From NCBI GenBank assembly GCA_030390025.1, contig CM059432.1:123196001-123260000 (forward strand): DNA of 64,000 nt. Direction: 5' to 3'. The stretch comes from Squalus acanthias (lineage: Eukaryota). The translations under genes and the position numbers were made by a program. Below are positions 1 through 12,099 of this stretch, piece after piece. Numbering within the stretch: the stretch's first letter is position 1; each line of letters opens with the position of its first letter. The notes beneath the pieces are model-generated. The model saw only the letters and a program-made list of their open reading frames with translations, was not told where the DNA came from and did not search any database.

Positions 1-1363
1 GGTTAAAAGTATTTTAACATTTTAATATTCTGTGATCAATGTTGGGGCAAAGACATGGCTGATGGTTATGTTTGTAGGTCTTCCTTGGTGCCTCACGGTG
101 AGGGTTCTCTGATTTACTCTGCTGGAACCTAGCAGAGATTTTGCTGTTTGTTTTCTCATATTTGCCACATTGCGCACATATCCTGATAATAAGTGTGTAC
201 ATTCAGTCCACCTCACTTTTGTCAGTCCGAGCATCTCTATTTGGTAGCTTCTGTTTTCATTTTCCACCATCCTCAGATTACGAGTTTGATAACACCATAC
301 TTACATTTCAGCATCCTATTTTGTTGGCACTTAACTTCAGATTCTGACTGGAGGTAACCTGATTTATTTCAGTTGCTTAGTCTGGGTTCACCTAGAGTAC
401 GACACTTTACCATTTCTCTTCACCTAGTCCAGGGTCCCCTCTCCCTTCCTCCCATCCCACTGGGGCACCTGATCACATGATGATGGCCCAGACATCACGT
501 TATGGCACACTGTCCTCTCTGGTAGGATACTCACTCCAAAAGCTTAAGTGAAATACCGGCGCTTTGACCTTCTTTGTAAATTAAATTCATCCTGTAACAA
601 GTGATCACTCCACCGTATCATAAACCTTTACAATGCCTGCTTGTTCTCCCCTTACCGAGTTTTTAATTTAGCTTGTCAGGGCAAACATGATAATTAATTG
701 CAAAGCATGATTACACAGACCATAGTTTTCAAAGCAGGTAACATGTTTTGCAATCCACTTTGCCAGACAGCAAGGCCCCTTAAAAATTTAGTTCCGTCAA
801 CATCCCCACAGCACAACCTGCGAGGATTGACGCTGAAAAAGAATTTATCCCAATAATAATTTTTCTCACTGCATACTCAGTAAAGAGTATTATTGCAAAA
901 TATATTAATTACCAAACAGACTGAGCAGTGGCAATGAAGGAGCTGAGAGTGAGGTTGCCAGTTGGGGAAGTTATTTTGCGGGATGTCTTTGTAAGGTTGT
1001 GGTTCAGAGAACGAGAAGATTCTTTTATTTTTACAAGGGAAAATTCCTGCAGGCAATGTCTTGCTTCACAGTTTGATTGTCTTATGTCAACTTTCCTAGT
1101 TTAATGAATATTTAAATTGTCATTGTCTGGCCTAATTTGTGAAGTAAGGAGGTGTGGCTCGGATATTTATTTTTTATTTATTAAAAGCAAAAAGTGATCT
1201 GAATTGAGTATCTTCCAGGTTGTCTCAAAAATCCTGAAATCTGGTTCCATTTGAGTAACTTGGGTGCAGCAGTGCACATTCCTTTAAATAAAAATCAACA
1301 CACAAAAGCAGACATCTGGGATTGTGGATGTCCAATCACTGTTGGCTTTCGTGACAATATTCA

Positions 1364-1575
1364 CAAAAAGCAAAATGCTGCAGAGGCTGGAAATCTGAAG
1401 AAAAAAAAATCCAGAAAATGCTGGAAACACTCAGCAGATCAGGCACCATCTGTGGAGAGAAACAGCCAAGTTGATGTTTTGGGTGCAGCGCCTCTCTCAA
1501 AACTAATTTGCCTGTTCTCTCTGCAGATGCTGTTTGAGCTGCTGAGTGTTTCCAGAATGTTATGCTTTTGTTTCA
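1364..1575. mobile_element. Degenerate inverted pair of Penelope-like terminal fragments
   Basis: gctggaaatctgaa...cagaaaatgctggaaacactcagc...catctgtggagagaaac followed by its reverse complement; same sequence as the Penelope ends at 12540-12660 and 21440-21578. Confidence 0.6.
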
Positions 1576-1782
1576 GTGATGACGTGCTGTAATTCATCTA
1601 ATCCCTGGCACTATAGTTTCAGCTCTGGCTTCATGAAGTCTCAAATTTGAGGTCTTAAGGAGCTTAAAGTAGGAGCAAAAGCAAAATACCGCAGATGCTG
1701 GAAATCTGAAATAAAAACAGAAAATGTTAGAAATACTCAGCAGGTCAGGCAGCATCTGTGGAGAGAGAAACAGAGTTAACGG

Positions 1783-3527
1783 TGGGGGGGGGGGGGAATT
1801 TTTCAGAGGGTCAGCGGGCACGTTCGGTGGCGGGTCGGGAGGGGGGAAATTTTTTTTTTTGACCGGGTCGGGTCTGTCAGTGCTGAACAGACCCGACATG
1901 CAGTGGTGGGGGAGGTAATTCAGGTCATTATGACCTTGTTAACAGCCCATTAAGAACTATTTTGAGCTCACCTTTACATTTTACGAGGTCACCCATGGGA
2001 TCTACGCTGCTCAGGGATCACGTCAGGTAAGCAGGTCGGGAGTTGAATGGCCATGGAATCATCTCATTACTTGACAGCTGCAAATGTGCTATAAAAGCTC
2101 CCATCTCACATCTGTTCACTTTCCAAGCTCAGAGCTGTTGCTTACTGCATTTGGAACACAGATTGAGCTTTATGCAGGTTGCAAGTGTTTGGAGTAAACT
2201 CTCTATCCAGCGTCACCTCATTGGAACAACTTCTCTCACCACTGACAGATCGCTTCTGTCATCTCAAGTTCACCTGCCAGCTATTACATCAGCATCGGTG
2301 CCCTTGAAACTATCTCACCTTGGTCCTCAGAATCCCACCATGATCAGCCCCAACACCAGCAGCACCAGGCACACCAGCAGCACCAACAACACCAACCTTC
2401 TCCGCAATCAACTGATGCTGCACAGGACAGAGGGCATCAGCACCCGATAACATTGCTGCCCGTGATGCCAGGAATGGCCTCACCATGGCCAGATTTACTT
2501 CACTTGACAATGTACACCCTGGCTGCCACATGATGTGCCAGATTGGCACCACCCCACACCAACACCATAAAGCATCCCTACAATGCCCAAGCCATTCCTT
2601 TCACACTCATGACCATTCCGGGATACCGTTATGTCTCACCATTCACTGCAACTCGCTAAGCTACTTCCAAAGGTTCACACAGATCTGTCCAAGAATGCAA
2701 AGTATTGAAAATGAAGATTTCAATGTTTGACAGTACATTAACAGAAACTTCACATGAACATTGGCTAAAACACACACATGCCTACCCTTGTGTGTTGTTA
2801 GTTGGTATGATTGGACTAGGATGAAGGTGAGTGTGAGGGGTGGCTAGTGAGATGGGGATGTGATAATGTAGATAGAGAGGGATGGGTGGAGGTGCAAGGT
2901 AAGTTGGTGTGAGTAAGGACATGCAGGAGTAAGGTAGGGAAGGCAGAGTGATGAGGATGCGATGAGCGGCACAGCAGGAGGAGGTCGAGTGTGGCTTTGT
3001 GCTAACGTTTCGTGATCCACTGAGATCATTGAAAGGTTTGCACCACTGCAGCCTGGTCCTCCTGACAACATCCCTGCTTGTGTCCTCCTGTGCAATGTGC
3101 AACCTGGCTGCATTGATCTCCTGGGGTGGTCTCTTCCGCCCATTGGAAGGGAAGAAAATCTCCCTGCGTGCTGTGACTCCCTCCATAAGCATATGGAGGG
3201 AGTCATGGGAGAGCCTGGGCGCAGCCTTGCACCTCTGTGCATTGCTTGTCAGTGTTTGCAGCACCTCGATGCTGTAGAACACTGACAGCGCAACTGTCAC
3301 AATTAATTTGCGCATGGTCCCTTTAAGGAAACCGGCTGATGACGCGTCATTGAATGACGTCATCAGACCCTCTTGCTTTCAATTGGCCAGCAAACGCGCT
3401 GGGCGGACTTAACAAGCCCAATCAGGGGAAAATCATTTTGGACAGCGGGCTGGAGCCAGCAGCGGGGTCGGAACCACCCACTGACGTCGCCCACCATAGA
3501 CCCGCCGAGGTTGGTAAAATTCAGGCC
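1783..3527 (-). mobile_element. Non-autonomous PIF/Harbinger element (about 1.75 kb), copy 1, with Myb/SANT-like ORF remnant
   Basis: Reverse-complement homolog of 53245-55033 along its length. Right end ggtaaaattcaggcc; left end obscured by a poly-G run. ORF 2782-3363(-) is Myb/SANT-like. Confidence 0.8.
3000..3250 (-). pseudogene. Harbinger Myb/SANT (trihelix, NAIF1/MSANTD-like) DNA-binding domain remnant
   Basis: KAAPRLSHDSLHMLMEGVTARREIFFPSNGRKRP...LHIAQEDTSRDVVRRTRLQWCKPFNDL resembles the APRFS..L..L...V..RR..LF...W..IA.......RT..QC.K.FNDL pattern. Confidence 0.75.
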
Positions 3528-4781
3528 GATGACCTTTCGTCAGGATGAAAGGTCATCGACCTGAAACATTGACTCGTTTCTCTCTCCACAGATGCTGCCT
3601 GACCTGCTGAGTATTTCCAGCATTTTCTGTTTTTATTAAAGTTGGAGCAACTCGAAATACTCATTGTGGGTAGCTAGCTATCATGTGGTAATCAACTGCC
3701 ACTGAAAGGTCAATTCCAGTTAATATGTCCCTCCGACAGGGAAATGGCTGGTTAAACCGTACTTTTTTTCAGGCAACCAACAAATTCTTCAATAAATTAG
3801 CTTGCACTTTATGGGTCCAACTGGGTGAAAGGCGCAGTTACTCAAAATTGGGTGTTCACTTTAAGAAAGAGTGTTCCCTTTAAGAGAAAAGGTGCCTGAC
3901 TATTAACCTGAGTTTGCAGAGAGACTACATTTCTGAGCTAACCCTTTCTGATATGTTTTCTGAGACAGTACTGCACTGAGACAGTTTCTGTTTTGTTTGC
4001 TTAGGATGCACTTTAATTTGTCGTTCGGTGATTTAGCATCTTTCTTGTACCTCATGTGTTGAACAGTCAACCGTTCAAGCAGAAAACCACCTGGATGGTC
4101 TACTTACAAAAATCGACTATCCATGGAAACCCCCTCGCCTTTCCCCCTACTCAGGCACTGAAAACTGTTCGCCAACGTGAACCATTGAGCCCTTATTCTA
4201 CAGAGAACATTCAATTTGATAAACAAAAAAGATGGCCTCAAATAAAACTGCAACCTGATTACGGATGGAACAAAACTGTAAAAATCCAGGGTATTTTCTT
4301 CTTACAAAAATGATTTGATAAATGTGTATAATCGCAGAGCCGAATCTGAAAGTAAACACCTGAATTAGTATTAGTAACAGAACCACTGTATGACAGACAG
4401 CTGTGGCGGACACAGACAATTTGACTCAGTCACTTCTAGACTTATCCAAACAATCGTGTTTTACACACACAAGCTTTGTTTTACAGCAGTAGGATTTTAA
4501 AAAATATTCTACATTGCATTTTTTTTTTACATCAAATTCTATTTCCCGAGGAGGTATGTAAGTATTAGCAGGTGGGAGCCAATTAATATAAAAAAAAATT
4601 CTTTTTAAGCCTATGAATATTCAGTTTATCACCTGAATGCTTCAAGTACAGTAAAAGCCACTCGAGTCTTGTTTTGTTTCACCTGTATTTAGTCCTCACC
4701 CCCTCACTGTTAGGTATTCAGGCTTCTCTCAGTACAAGTGTGGCCCAGCTCACAGTGACTCTTCCCATTGTTCGATGCACA

Positions 4782-4921
4782 TCACTGGGCCAGCCCAGAG
4801 CTGTAGCTTGATCCGTAGCCACTAGACGGAGATAATAAGTGTTGGTGCTCGTGACTCTGTTCTGAGATGTAGCTAGGGAAGGTCTGTGCCCGAGGAACCT
4901 TTGTCAAGTTTAAATCATCTC
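4782..4921 (-). CDS. DOK6: DOK6 terminal coding exon (140 nt including TGA), absent from the ORF track
   Basis: Acceptor ttttttcccctgacag|GA; translates (G)DDLNLTKVPRAQTFPSYISEQSHEHQHLLSPSSGYGSSYSSGLAQ*, matching the DOK6 C-terminus pattern (RAQTFPSY...SS.YG.SYSS.L.Q*). Phase 1 fits the preceding exon. Confidence 0.92.
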
Positions 4922-5080
4922 CTGTCAGGGGAAAAAAAAAATTGTTATGTTACAAGAATTGATACTGCTTTCATGAGGATTTGATTCCTCTTTTATAATC
5001 TTCACATTCACTACAGCACAGACAGAGCAATTCGAAGTTTCCTCTCAAATCTCTCTGAAGTTGCAGGCTGATCTGATTCG

Positions 5081-5320
5081 AATGGCCTCCTTCTGTGCTC
5101 TAGGTTCTTTGGTTTATCTATAGGGAGAGAGCAGAGCAATGGGATTAGATTAGCAAAGAGGCAGCATGGACACAATAGGCTGACTGGCCTCGTCCTGTGC
5201 TCTATGTTCTTTGGTTTATCTATAGGGAGAGAGCAGAGCAATGGGATTAGATTAGCAAAGAGCCAATATGGACACCATAGGCTGAATGGCCTCATTATGT
5301 GCTGCAAATGTCTATGGTTC
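5081..5320 (+). repeat. About 102-bp tandem duplication of a CR1-type 3' end
   Basis: ttctttggtttatctatagggagagagcagagcaatgggattagattagcaaagag occurs at about 5105 and 5207; includes aatggcctccttctgtgct, also seen at the CR1 ends near 15731 and 48837. Confidence 0.7.
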
Positions 5321-5560
5321 AATGGTTTTCATTTGGTGCAGGGGTTCCCAGGACTCTATCCTCTCTCCCACCTCATAGCTTCTCCAGAGTAACAACCTTT
5401 ATCAATCATCATCCAATCTGATCCACATTTTTGCTAATGATTCCACTTTACATTCATCAACTTCTTTCAAATCACATACCTCCACTCCTCTCACAATGTA
5501 GTGTCTGAATTACTAAATCTAGATTTTCTTCATTTGCTTCAATGGGATAATGAAAATATT

Positions 5561-5915
5561 GGGGGTAAAATTCAACTTTGGTGGGGGCATAAAATGGGCA
5601 GTAGCGGACCTGCCGCCCATTATAAATTATACCCGATTTTCTTTTCCATTGACTTCCGCTACAATCCATTTTGCACCCCGGCTGAAGTTGGACTTCAACC
5701 CAATTGTTCCTTTCAATTTTTCAAACACATAGGGCAGCTCTTTTAACTTTGATGTGGGTTTAAAATGGGTGGTAGCAGATTGGCCGCCCCTTATACACAC
5801 TGTCCGATTTTTGTTCCCATTGACTTCAATGGAAAAGAAAATCACACGGAATGTATAACAGGCAGCCGATCCACTACCATCTGTTTTACACCCCACCAAA
5901 GTTGAAGGTTCTGCC
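5561..5915. mobile_element. Two adjacent short hairpin MITE-like elements
   Basis: Units at about 5561-5702 and 5732-5915 have self-complementary arms (aactttg...taaaatggg / ttttacaccccaccaaagtt) centred on ccattgacttc(aatgg). Confidence 0.6.
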
Positions 5916-6685
5916 GGTAGTACCTATAAATTTCTCACTGGTCTCAAACAGCCTCAAATGCTTTTTTTCAATGGCTCCATCTTAGTGCTTCTTCGTCCAT
6001 TGATATTGTTGGTCTCGTTATGTCCTCTGACCTCAACCAGAACTGCCATACCTTCTCCATGCTAAATCTCTCTTCACACTTTTCTCCTCAACAAATCTTA
6101 CTTCTCCATAAAGCCCAACTCTGAAAAAGAATTGAACTCTGTTACCATATCTTGGGAGGTCCTTCTAATACATCTCGTTCGATCCTGGACAGGACAAGAA
6201 AAAGCTTGTTGTCTAATAAGTGATTTTTCTCTCACCTTTAGTTTCTCTTTGTTGCAACTTTTCTTGGCTCTTGTATACTTCCGCAATACTACAGTACTAT
6301 GGCTATTGGTTCTTCTGAACTTCCCTTCTCTTCCGCCTAGACTGGAAATATACTGCCCTACACACTCTTCCTCTTTCCTACATCCAAATTGTGTTGAGAT
6401 CAGAGACAACTCACACAGCCACTTACATCAACTCACGGGGCAGATTTTGGTCCTCCAGCTGAAAACCAGCAGGACGTGGGTGAGGTGAAAGGAATGCCTG
6501 CCTGGTGGAGTGGGTGGGAGAACCTGTCTCATTTTCCGGGTCACACCAGGTCATTTTCATGAGTTAGGAGAGCTGCCAACGTGAATTGCATTTACCATGG
6601 GACGTTTGCTGTTCAGGGAGGCGAAAGAAAATCAGTTGCTGCTACAGATTATTAACGACTCGCAGAAGCTTAAAGGAAAGATAAT

Positions 6686-7448
6686 GGGCCAGAAATTCGG
6701 CTCCCCGGCTTCCCGCGGGTGCAAGAATCGCGCGCGTACTTACATACCGCGCCTGCCGTTGTGCTTCGGGCCCGCGTGGAATTCGGCTCCTGGGCCTCCT
6801 GCAGCTGCCGGCGCGCTGTGCTTGCGTATCCCAGGGGCGCAGCTAGTTTGAAGCGTCCCCTGGGATCACGTGGGCCATGGAGAGCCAATCGGAGCAGGGA
6901 ATCTTCATTCATAGATTTTGACAGGAAGACCTGTCAAATCTATGAATAGAGATCGGCCCCAAAACCTCACTAAAACTTCAAATAAATAAAAAAAAAATCA
7001 CAATTTTAAAATAACTATAAATTACATAAATTAACTACTTTAAACAAAAATTTAAATTTTTGAAAAAATTAATTACACTTTTTAACGGTGCTAAAAACAA
7101 ACCTACCTTTCTTTAAAGTATGTAAAAAAGATAAACCTGTTGAAAAAATGTTTAAATTGTACTTAATTCACCACTTACCTTGTTAAAAGCAGGCCTTGCG
7201 CCTCCTTTTTCCCCGCGCAGCTTCTCCGTACTTACCCTCACGGAGAAACCTGAAAAAAAAAATGAAGTTCGCTGCGTGCGCGCTGCCTCTCCCGCGCACA
7301 CGTTCGACCTCTGAACCCCTTCCTTCAGGGGAACGGAAGTTCCGGTTTCCAGCGCATGCGCAGTGCATGCGTGAAACTGGCACTTTCGTTGGGTCTACAG
7401 GTGAGTACCCAGCGCGTACTCACCCGTGGAGACCCGAATTTCTGGCCC
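6686..7448. mobile_element. Harbinger-type MITE family A, copy 1
   Basis: Perfect 15-bp TIR gggccagaaattcgg/ccgaatttctggccc; CpG-rich arms and AT-rich core; inverted copy at 42569-43332. No clear TSD. Confidence 0.85.
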
Positions 7449-7565
7449 GCTGTTTTTGTGACTAAAGCAGGGAAGGAATGGTGCGGAGCTGCAGGAAGAT
7501 GTGCAAGGGGGCAAGAAGATTTCCAGCAGGGTTCTGAGGTTTCATATTCAGCATAGTGACAATGA

Positions 7566-7850
7566 CCTTTCAGGTGGATGTAAATGATCCCATGGCACTT
7601 TGTCGAAGAAGAGCAGGGGTGTTCAACCTGGTGCCCTGGCCAATATTTATCCCTCAACCAACATCACTAATAAACAAATGATCTGGTCATATCTCATAGC
7701 CGTTTGTGCGATCTTGCTGTGCACAAATTTGTTGCCACGTTTCCTACATTACAACAGCGGTTACACTCTAAAATACTTAATTGGCTGTAAGGCGCTTTGG
7801 GATGTCCTGGAGTTATGAAAGGCGCTATAGAAATGCAAGTTCTTTCTTTC
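7566..7850 (+). mobile_element. Deu-domain SINE (SacSINE1/AmnSINE1-like), 3' part
   Basis: gatcccatggcact...gaagaagagcagggg...ctggccaatatttatccctcaacc...aaaggcgctatagaaatgcaagt, shared with copies at 16716 and 35382. Confidence 0.8.
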
Positions 7851-8792
7851 TTTCGTTCTTTCTGATACTATCGCACCAAGTCAAGATTTACCCCAATGGG
7901 CCTTAACTCCCTATTGCACCAATCTGAGTGAGATTACCAAACTAGTGCAGAATTGTGCTGTTGGCACTAGAAAATGGGCTGAGAAAGCCCAGTAATTTCA
8001 AGTAGTACCTTTAAGCCAGCAGAGAGGAAGTTTGTATCCCATCCAGCAGTCTGGGCTGAGTTCCAAACCAGATGATGGAAGTGAAAGTGCAGTGTGCCAA
8101 CCAATTGCATCACTCAGTCCCTCACAATGCTCTTTGCGCTCAGTATTTCAAATAAAAGGTAAGCTCATTTTTATTTTAAGATACGAGGAGCAAAAATCGC
8201 AGCGAGGGTGATTTTCAAATGCCGGTCCACTGCTTCTCGCCTGAAAAATGGCTGGCAGTTGAAAATCACGGGCTGAAACCTCACCGTCCCATTGATGCTC
8301 AAGCCCGCACATGCTCCACCTATTTGTACCAGGCGGTGAGTGGTCTAACCAACCATCCTAAAAGGCCACTCCAGAAAAGCCCCAAAAGAGTGCTCCTTAT
8401 TGCTCCGCAAAAATACTGAGGCCTGCTGCCAGCCCGTGCTTGCCCCTCCCCTCTGGGATCGCCGTCACACCCCCTCCCCGCCTTCTGGCCCTGACCGACT
8501 GGCCAGCTCTGTGTGGGAGCTGGCCAATGTCCCACCCTCTCACAACCGGTGGGCTCCAGCAGAATACCTGTTTGGCGCCCCCAGCTCGCTGGCTACATTC
8601 AAATGAGGCCCGAAGCTGAAAATGGTTGGGGCCTTCCAGCACCGGCTTAGGGCAGGCAGTGTGGCCGATCCACTGACTTCACGCTCGGTCCGGGTGGAAA
8701 TCAAACACTTCCCACCCAGTGCCTCAGATATGAGATTGTCCCCAGTACATGGAGGAACAATTCAAAATGAGCATCAAAAATCAAAACAGTTA

Positions 8793-9553
8793 GGGGTAAA
8801 AATTGAGTCGCGCCCCATTTGGGGCGCTAACCTCGCCGGGGCGCGACTTTTAGCGCCCCGAAAAAATTAGCGGCCCCGCGCCGGAACTTCAGTGGTTGCG
8901 CCCCAAGAGGGAAGCGGGGCGCAACTGGAAGCACCCCGCATCCCTCTTGGGGCGCTGCGAGTGAATATCCTGGCGCTACGTGCCGCAGCGCCACGCGCTG
9001 CGGCACGTCGCGCCGCGGTATTGCAGGTCTTCCTCCCCTTCTTAAAGGGGAGGGACCCTGCGCAGCGCAAACCGGGGCCCAGCTGGGCTCCCAGGGATCG
9101 GGAGTGCCGGCAAAAGAGCCCGGCACTCAAGAGAAGTGCCGGGCTCTTGGAGCGCAGCCGGCACTTCACGGTGGGGGGGCTTCACGGGGGCCGGGGGCAG
9201 GTGCTGGCAGGCGGCCAGCAACAAAAATGGCCGCCTGCCACCTCCGCTTTAAATATCGCCGCCCCGGCCGCACGTACGCCTCCCTGAACCCGTCGGACAT
9301 AGCGTCTGGCGGTAAATCAGGGGGCGCGACTGAAGATCACGGCCGGGGCGCGAGCGGGGTGCTGTGCACGGCGATGACGTCATCGCCGGCGGCGCAGCGC
9401 CACAGGGCGCTACCGGCTGCCGCCGCCGCTAACCTCCCACTAAATTTTTCGGGAGGCGTGGGCGGCGCTGCGCCCGGGCGTTAGCTGCTTTACGCCCCAT
9501 TAGCGCCCTCTTAAGGCGCTAACGGGAGGTGCAAGCAGCTGAATTTTTCCCCC
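8793..9553. mobile_element. Young CpG-rich Harbinger-type MITE with TTA target-site duplication
   Basis: TTA|ggggtaaaaattg ... gaatttttccccc|TTA; very high GC and CpG content compared with flanks. Confidence 0.85.
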
Positions 9554-9984
9554 TTAATGTTTACAGTCCACAACACTCCTTGGAAACAACTTGTGATGGT
9601 TGCAGAATCAATCAAACGTTACAGGAATTCTGCTGGAGATTCCTTTCACTGATCCATTAGTGTAATCCATTACCTTTGGAACCTTCTCTGAGTGAGATCC
9701 ATAATGAGTGACATTTTAATCCTTCACGCAGTCGTCACACCATTTGTTGTGTTTACTTTATGAAATCTCTGCTTACTCAGCATGATAAGAGTGAAAACTC
9801 TGTTTACAGTAAATGTATAACTACAATCTTAAACAAAGAACTCTAAACAGCTCTCTAGGACAGTGTGACTCAAACAATGCCAGGCAAGCTGAGAGTTCTT
9901 TACCGTTCTGTGCCAACCACTTTGCATCCTTAGGAGTCTGGGCTCGGTGACAGAAGGTTTACTAAGTTGGTGCAACATTTTTAT

Positions 9985-10900
9985 ACATTCACGGGAGGTG
10001 GGTGTCGCTGGCAAGGCCAGCATTTATTGCCCATACCTAATTGCCCTTGAGAAGGTGGTGGTGAGCCGCCTTCTTGAACTGCTGCAGTCCGTGAGGTGAA
10101 GGTACTCCCACAGTGCAGTTAGGGTGGGAGTCCCAGGATTTTGACCCAGCGACGATGAAGTATCGGCGATATATTTCCAAGTCAGGATGATGTGTGACTT
10201 GGAGGGGATCTTGGAGGTGGTGGTGTTCCCATGCGCCTGCTGCCCTTGTCCTTCCAGGTGGTAGAGGTCACGGGTTTGGGAGGTGCTGCCGAAGAAGCCT
10301 TGGTGAGTTGCTGCAGTGCATCCTGTAGATGGTACACACTGCAGCCATGGTGCGCCGGTGGTGGAGGGAGTGAATGTTTAAGGTGCTGGATGGGGAGCCA
10401 ATCAAGCGGGCTGCTTTGTTCTGGATGGTGTCGAGCTTCTTGAGTGTTGTTGGAGCTGCACTCATCCAGACAAGTGGAGAGTATTCCATCACACCCCTGA
10501 CTTGTGCCTTGTAGATGGTGGAAAGGCTTTGGGGAGTCAGGAGATGAGTCACTCACCGCAGAATACCCAGCCTCTGACCTGCTCTTGTAGCCACTGTATT
10601 TATGTGGCTGGTCAATGGTGACCCCCAGGATGTTGATGGTGGGGGATTCAGCGATGGTAATCCCGTTGAATGTCAAGGAGAGGTGGTTAGACTCTCTCTT
10701 GCTGGAGATGGTCATTGCCTGGCACTTGTGTGGCATGAATGTTACTTGCCACTTATCAGCCCAAGCCTGAACGTCGTCCAGGTCTTGCTGCGTGCAGGCA
10801 CGGACTGCTTCATTATCGGAGGAGTTGCGAATAGAACTGAACACTGGGCAATCATCAGCGAATATCCCCACGTCTGACTTTATGATGGAGGGAAGGTCAT
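9985..10900 (-). mobile_element. CR1-like LINE, 5'-truncated 3' part
   Basis: ORFs 10182-10946 and 10268-10552 give RT C-terminus (IFADD, QAWADKWQVTF, YKAQVRGVMEYS); homologous to 55460-57487. Confidence 0.9.
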
Positions 10901-12099
10901 GATCGCGTGGCACTGAAAGAGGATCATCAACAGGGAATGAAGACATCTGGGACAGAATGTTTTGTCAAAAAGCAACAAAACAAACATTTGTGGAAGAAAG
11001 GTTGTGGCTTAAAAATATTAGAATTCAGTTAAATACGATCAATCTACTTTGGGATCAAAATTTAGCGGTGTGTTTACAGTTAACGGATGGGAAATCCTGG
11101 CTAATTTCCCCAATATGCATTCCCAGCATGCCCCAGGAATGGCATATTTTTTTAACCCCTTTATTCTTTTTATCCTGCTGATGGGACAGAGGCCAGAGAG
11201 ATATGTACATGGCTTTTCTATCTTTTTCAAATGCAGAAGAGAATAATGTAACTCGTGCTGTGCATGACATCCCTCAATGCGGCTCATCAACAAACTGTAG
11301 CAGTGTGAGAGGGTCTGGAAGCTGGGTAATGAGATCATTTACATATTTGAATGGCAGAACTACTTACCTAAAATGTTTTTAGGTTCAGGCACAGACATCC
11401 GCTATTAGTATTGCACCGACGCATACACGAATGCTGCTGATACAATTCAGCCATCGCTTTCTTAGTGCATGGTATTATCTGAAAATATACATTGCGCCTG
11501 GGAACTGGTTCACATTATGGGTTATCATGGTTTCCTTTCACCCTGCCAGCGATCCAGTGTGGGACCCAGTTTACATAACTTGCAAAGGCAAATGTGGGCT
11601 CTGCTTGCTGGTAGCGCCCACTCTTTGCTTCCCCACAGATCTGCCCCTCGAGGAATTGGACATGTGAATTGGATATGTGAGGTTGGAGGGTTAATTTTCC
11701 AATCTGGGCCACGCGCCGCGAGGGTCCATGCCACTGGCAGAGCTTCAGAAAACCGTGCCTAATTTCTTTCCTTTTCCTTCCTAGAGGTGTGATTGTGGAC
11801 TCATATTGTTTGGTAAAGTTCAATAAAGGACCCCTCTATAAGACTGCTACCTGATCTGAAATCTCAGTTGCCACACACGTCTAAATAACAGTTTGGTTTC
11901 ACAGCCAAATACAGCAGTGACAATGTGAGAAACTGAATATCTGAGATGTCAGAGGAGGCCTGGGCCTCACAGCTCATACCCTTCTGAAGAGCAATCACTG
12001 GAAGTGTGAGGAGCTCATGCACTTCTTTATCTCTAAGATTGAGACCATCTGTTCAGCTGCCTCTACCACTTCCCTTCCTTCCCCTAGCCCACCGGGCCA

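Larger units (their letters stand above)
1676..3637. mobile_element. Inverted pair of Penelope-like terminal fragments (1676-1780 and 3528-3637) split by a Harbinger insertion
   Basis: Left piece ends gagagagaaacagagttaac; right piece resumes gatgacctttcgtcag and then gives the reverse-complement arm. Confidence 0.7.

Noticed and set aside
8827..9484. Multiple Ala/Arg/Gly-rich ORFs or a host CpG-island promoter
   Set aside because: Lies wholly inside a TIR- and TSD-bounded MITE; GC richness explains the ORFs.
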